In this document: positions 60,214 through 64,000 of the stretch, piece after piece
Layout of the letters: each line of letters starts with the position of its first letter
How positions within the stretch are numbered: the first letter of the stretch is position 1
Assembly (NCBI GenBank): GCA_016706275.1
Contig: JADJJY010000005.1
Coordinates: 14,641 to 78,640, forward strand
Source of the DNA: Chloracidobacterium sp.
GTDB taxonomy: Bacteria > Acidobacteriota > Blastocatellia > Pyrinomonadales > Pyrinomonadaceae
Length of the DNA: 64,000 nt
Reading direction: 5' to 3'
Notes under the pieces: generated by a model
Told to the model about the DNA's origin: nothing
The model's database searches: none
The model's input: the letters and a program-made list of their open reading frames with translations, nothing else
Program-made: the position numbers and the translations under genes

Positions 60214-61290
60214 TTATAGACGGTATTTTACGTGTAATTGCCTTAATTCTGCTTCCTCATTATCAACGTTTTGGAGCCGCATTGTCACGTCAGCGGTCAT
60301 ATCCAATTTTGCGTTGTCCCCCTGCACCAATTGCCGATAACCCGCCGCTGCGATCATCGCCGCATTGTCTGTCGATAGATGTTTTGACGGAAAATATACC
60401 GGCAGTCCCAGCCGTTTTCCCGCGTCCTCGGCGGCAGATATGAGAGCGAGATTACAAGCCACGCCACCGGCTACGATGAGCGTTTTTGGCTGCAGTTCAT
60501 CTGCGAGTTTTTCGAGGGTGCCAACAAGGGCATGTACTACCGCCGCCTGAAAACTCGCAGCGAGATCCTTGATCTCTTGCGACGGCTCGTCGCCGTTAGT
60601 CATCGGAGCAATTCCATTTTCCCGTATATATCTCGCAACCGCCGTCTTTAGGCCGCTAAAACTCAGATCCGGACGCCCATCGGAGATCTTTGCTTTTGGA
60701 AATTTTACGCCGCTTGTGTCGCCCAGCAACGCGAGTTTCTCGATTATTGGGCCACCCGGATAGCCGAGGCCGAGCATCTTCGCAACCTTGTCAAAAGCCT
60801 CGCCCGCCGCGTCATCACGGGTTCGCGACACTACCTTATATTGTCCTTCTTCGGGTATGTGAAAGATGTTCGTGTGGCCACCCGATACGATCAGTCCAAG
60901 AGCCGGGTATTCGACTGGCGGATTTTCGAACGCAACAGAATAAACGTGGCCCTCAATATGATTAACACCGACAATAGGTATTCCGAGCGAATACGCAAGC
61001 GATTTTGCATAGCAAACCCCAACCAGCAACGATCCGATCAATCCAGGTCCCTGCGTCACCGCGATGGCGTCGATATCAGAAAATGAAATTCCTGCCTGAG
61101 CGATGGCCGCGGCGACGATCGGCTCGATCTTTTCGAGATGTTCCCGTGACGCAAGTTCAGGCACAACGCCGCCCCATGGTTTATGCATCTCGATCTGCGA
61201 AGCGATCACCGACGACACGATCTCACGCCCGTCACGCACTACCGCCGCAGCCGTCTCATCGCACGAACTTTCGATGCCTAAAATAAGCAT
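60214..61290 (-). CDS. tsaD: tRNA N6-adenosine threonylcarbamoyltransferase TsaD
   Basis: 358 aa. [18 protein letters not shown]...GVNHIEGH... Confidence 0.95.
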   Translation of the reverse strand: MLILGIESSCDETAAAVVRDGREIVSSVIASQIEMHKPWGGVVPELASREHLEKIEPIVAAAIAQAGISFSDIDAIAVTQGPGLIGSLLVGVCYAKSLAYSLGIPIVGVNHIEGHVYSVAFENPPVEYPALGLIVSGGHTNIFHIPEEGQYKVVSRTRDDAAGEAFDKVAKMLGLGYPGGPIIEKLALLGDTSGVKFPKAKISDGRPDLSFSGLKTAVARYIRENGIAPMTNGDEPSQEIKDLAASFQAAVVHALVGTLEKLADELQPKTLIVAGGVACNLALISAAEDAGKRLGLPVYFPSKHLSTDNAAMIAAAGYRQLVQGDNAKLDMTADVTMRLQNVDNEEAELRQLHVKYRL

Positions 61291-61368
61291 GTCTATAGGT
61301 TATCAGATGGTAGACGCGAAAGGAGTTCGAATCACGGAAAAGGAAATCAGGCCACGATAGATACCATC

Positions 61369-61396
61369 TTGACTTGCACACTAGTTTGGGTATAAA
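61369..61396 (+). promoter_or_regulatory. sigma70-like promoter candidate
   Basis: TTGACT (61369-74), 16 nt, TATAAA (61391-96), upstream of the 61442 gene. Confidence 0.35.
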
Positions 61397-61441
61397 TATG
61401 AGCGTTGGTTAACAAAATCGATCTGACCACTGGAGGTATTA

Positions 61442-61843
61442 ATGGGACGTAAAATTCTGGCTGTCGTCGTCGCTCTGATCGTATCGTTTGGCATTATGAT
61501 GATCGTCGAAATGATCAATACGTTAGTTGTCATGCCGCCAAGCGCCGAGATCATGGAAGACTCGGTAAGGCTTCGCGATTTTATGGCAAATGTGCCTCCG
61601 CTCGGCTATGTGATCGTGCTCATTGGCTATTTTCTCGCCTCGTTCGCCGGTGGCTTTATCGTTACAAAGATGAGTCGTCAGGTTTCCCAAGGCATCACGT
61701 TACCGGTGGTCGTCGGGACTTTCCTAACTCTCGGCATGATCGGCAATATCTTTATGTTGCCGGGCCAGCCAATGTGGTTCATCGTTATCGGCTTACTGAT
61801 GTTTATTACTATTACGTTATTTGGCCATCGCCTTGCTCGTTAA
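61442..61843 (+). CDS. hypothetical membrane protein (4 TM)
   Basis: 133 aa, hydrophobic. GGAGG SD upstream. No family recognised. Confidence 0.6.
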   Translation: MGRKILAVVVALIVSFGIMMIVEMINTLVVMPPSAEIMEDSVRLRDFMANVPPLGYVIVLIGYFLASFAGGFIVTKMSRQVSQGITLPVVVGTFLTLGMIGNIFMLPGQPMWFIVIGLLMFITITLFGHRLAR

Positions 61844-62835
61844 GGTTTCTTACCTTCGTTCCATGCGGGTTTGAATTTTGAATTTATCAGCCACTGCACC
61901 GGTTTGACCATCGAGTTGATCGAGCGCGTCATGTGGCTAAAGTCGATCGTCTTTACCTCGTCGCTCGCCTTGTGATAGTCGGTGTGCAGCCCAAAGCTCG
62001 ACACGGTGTGGGCTATAATTCCGGCCTTTGCAAGCTGAATATTATCCGAGCGGAAGAAAAAGTTTTGGTCAGGATGCGGATCTTGCACAAGCTTTGCCCC
62101 GCGTTTCGCAAGCTCCGGCCCGAGGTTTGAGCGTTCATACCCGGTCAACCATAGTTCCTCAGCCTTAACTTTCGCGTCCGGCCGTCCGATCATCTCAAAC
62201 TCAAGATTCGCGACTAGTTTCTCTTTCGGAAACGGCATATTGTTGACGAAATATGTCGCCCCATAACCACCCGCTTCCTCCGAGCCAAAGCAAACAAAAT
62301 AAACCGTCCGCTTAGGACGCTTGCCACTGCCAAGCACCCGAGCAAGTTCCAACACAGCGACAGAACCTGACGCATCGTCATCGGCACCGTTAAATATCTT
62401 GTCATCGCCGGGAGCATTGTCGCGAACACCGAGATGATCGAGGTGCGATGTTAGCAAGATGACCTCCGACGCTAAATACCTATCGCTACCAGTGATCTTA
62501 CCCATCGCGTTCCACGTCTTGCCTTCAACCCCGGTTCGCCGCGACTTAAAAGGCACGGTCTGCACATATGTCTGCTTCCCGTCCGGCCCCATCTCACCCG
62601 CGGGCTCTAGGCCAAACTGCATGAACTGAGATCCGATATATTCGGCTGCGATCCGCTCGAACATCGTCCCGCTGCCGCGTCCCTGCATCGCATCGCCGGC
62701 AAGAAAGTTCATCTCCGCTCGAACATTCGTTTCGCTGATCGTCAATTTGCAGCTCGATTGAGCAAGGCTAAATATGTTCGCCGCCAGCAACAGAGCAGCG
62801 ACGGCAATCGTTCGTTTGAAATAATTGTGTTTCAT
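61840..62835 (-). CDS. secreted M28-family metallopeptidase
   Basis: 331 aa with a signal peptide. SHLDHLG..., GADDDASGSVAVLELAR, FGSEEAGGYG. Confidence 0.85.
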   Translation of the reverse strand: MKHNYFKRTIAVAALLLAANIFSLAQSSCKLTISETNVRAEMNFLAGDAMQGRGSGTMFERIAAEYIGSQFMQFGLEPAGEMGPDGKQTYVQTVPFKSRRTGVEGKTWNAMGKITGSDRYLASEVILLTSHLDHLGVRDNAPGDDKIFNGADDDASGSVAVLELARVLGSGKRPKRTVYFVCFGSEEAGGYGATYFVNNMPFPKEKLVANLEFEMIGRPDAKVKAEELWLTGYERSNLGPELAKRGAKLVQDPHPDQNFFFRSDNIQLAKAGIIAHTVSSFGLHTDYHKASDEVKTIDFSHMTRSINSMVKPVQWLINSKFKPAWNEGKKP

Positions 62836-62983
62836 AGTTAGTTTATTTAACGCAGTTCCCTACAATTTTGTTTTGCAATTCGTGATCTATTTTCTGATCC
62901 TAACCGTATACATCCAGAGCTTCGACAACCTTGTATTCGATAGTGCATCTAAGACTGTAAAAATGTTTCGGGATCCGGTAATT

Positions 62984-64000
62984 ATGTTAAAACAAACGAG
63001 ATCATTTGTGGTTTGTGCGTTCGCACATTTTCTCTTGATGTTTGCAGGCTTAATATCCTGTAGTTCTGCCAACGCTCAGCCGCAGCTTGTCGCGAGCGTC
63101 GCCCATGCGCGATACAAGATCAGCTCTACCGTCTTAAACGAAGAACGAACAATCCTCGTCCGCGTACCGGCGGATTATGAACGCGGCATTAGCCGATATC
63201 CCGTCGTCTACATGCTTGACGCTCATCCACCGCAAAACGCAGTGATGGCGGCGATCATCGAACAGCAAGCCTGGAGCGGGATGATGCCTGAGATGATCCT
63301 CGTCGGCATCCAAAATACCGATCGTTCGCGCGATCTGACGCCGACCGACGACGGCAAAGGCGGAAATGTCGGCGGCGGGCCGAAATTCCTGCAGTTCATC
63401 GAAACCGAAGTCATACCTCTTGTAGAAAAAAATTATCGCACCCAGCCCTACCGGATATTCGCGGGACATTCGCTCGGCGGGTTATTTGCGATGTATGCGT
63501 TTATTTCGCGGCCCGAGCTATTTAACGCCTACATCGCGGCAAGTCCTGCTCTGGCGTATGACGACAGTTACGTCATCAAACGTACCGAAGAGATCCTCAA
63601 GCAAGATAAAAAGTGGAACAAGACATTCTTTTTCGCCGTCGGAGATGAGCCGACATATCTCAAAGCCTTTAACGCTCTACAGGATCTGCTCAAACGATCA
63701 AAGCCCAAAGACCTAGAATACGAATTTCGGCAATTCAAAGATGAAAATCACGGCTCCGTCGTTTTGCCTGGGTATTATGCGGGTATGCGAAAGATCTTCG
63801 CGGGCTGGCAGCCAAAGGGCGGAACCGTCGGGGAACTGCAAAGTCATTACAAAAAGCTATCTGACCGGTTCGGATACAGGATACCGATCCCTGAGACAAC
63901 TCTAAATCAAATGGGATATCAGTTGCTCAAGGCAAATCGAATCGCCGAAGCGATCGAGGCATTCAAAACAAACGTTGAAAGTTATCCGTACGCGGCAAAT
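62984..64000 (+). CDS. secreted alpha/beta hydrolase (esterase-family) with C-terminal TPR-like region; 3' end beyond window
   Basis: Not in the track because it runs off the edge. MLKQTRSFVVCAFAHFLLMFAGLISCSSANAQ..., nucleophile elbow GHSLGG. An alternative in-frame ATG lies at 62963. Confidence 0.75.
   Translation, partial: MLKQTRSFVVCAFAHFLLMFAGLISCSSANAQPQLVASVAHARYKISSTVLNEERTILVRVPADYERGISRYPVVYMLDAHPPQNAVMAAIIEQQAWSGMMPEMILVGIQNTDRSRDLTPTDDGKGGNVGGGPKFLQFIETEVIPLVEKNYRTQPYRIFAGHSLGGLFAMYAFISRPELFNAYIAASPALAYDDSYVIKRTEEILKQDKKWNKTFFFAVGDEPTYLKAFNALQDLLKRSKPKDLEYEFRQFKDENHGSVVLPGYYAGMRKIFAGWQPKGGTVGELQSHYKKLSDRFGYRIPIPETTLNQMGYQLLKANRIAEAIEAFKTNVESYPYAAN

Noticed and set aside
61295-61345. 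tRNA-like string (tcagatggtagacgcg...ggagttcgaatcac) upstream of tsaD
   Set aside because: D-loop-like and T-loop-like words are present. However, no complementary stems, anticodon arm or acceptor stem can be drawn, so it is probably chance similarity.

Overview
Bacterial chromosomal window; I could not assign taxonomy from sequence alone. The left 26.4 kb is one minus-strand translation supercluster. It runs rpsL-rpsG-fusA-tuf, then the S10/spc/alpha ribosomal operons (rpsJ through rplQ, including secY, adk, map, infA and an rpmJ missing from the ORF track), then accB-accC, rpsO and the 5' part of pnp. The right 37 kb is mixed housekeeping: pckG, xseA/xseB, recA, tRNA-Phe, rarA, deoC-rpiB, hpt, rplU-rpmA, obgE-nadD-rsfS-rlmH, tsaD. 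Accessory-looking genes are interspersed among these.

The most unusual features are:
1. A ~3.5-kb segment lies between rpmA and obgE. It holds a degenerate second copy of the rpmA 3' end plus terminator, and two paralogous minus-strand genes, one disrupted, built from an unrecognised ~110-aa four-cysteine secreted domain. It also holds a ~0.5-kb ORF-free, hairpin-dense candidate ncRNA with its own promoter-like and terminator-like signals.
2. Nearly every intercistronic spacer in the ribosomal operons, and several gene 3' ends, carries a long hairpin. The arms are 3-5 tandem copies of a 7-9-nt word, and several word families recur.
3. A deoC-rpiB pair has N-terminal extensions that begin with amphipathic helices.
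4. A phage-type receiver-like protein sits next to a zinc-ribbon DnaC-like ATPase.
5. A Ser/Thr kinase, a VWA protein and a Tat-exported beta-helix protein form an apparent operon.

All calls come from reading the sequence and ORF track by eye. No searches were run. Hairpin and repeat coordinates are accurate to about +/-2 nt.
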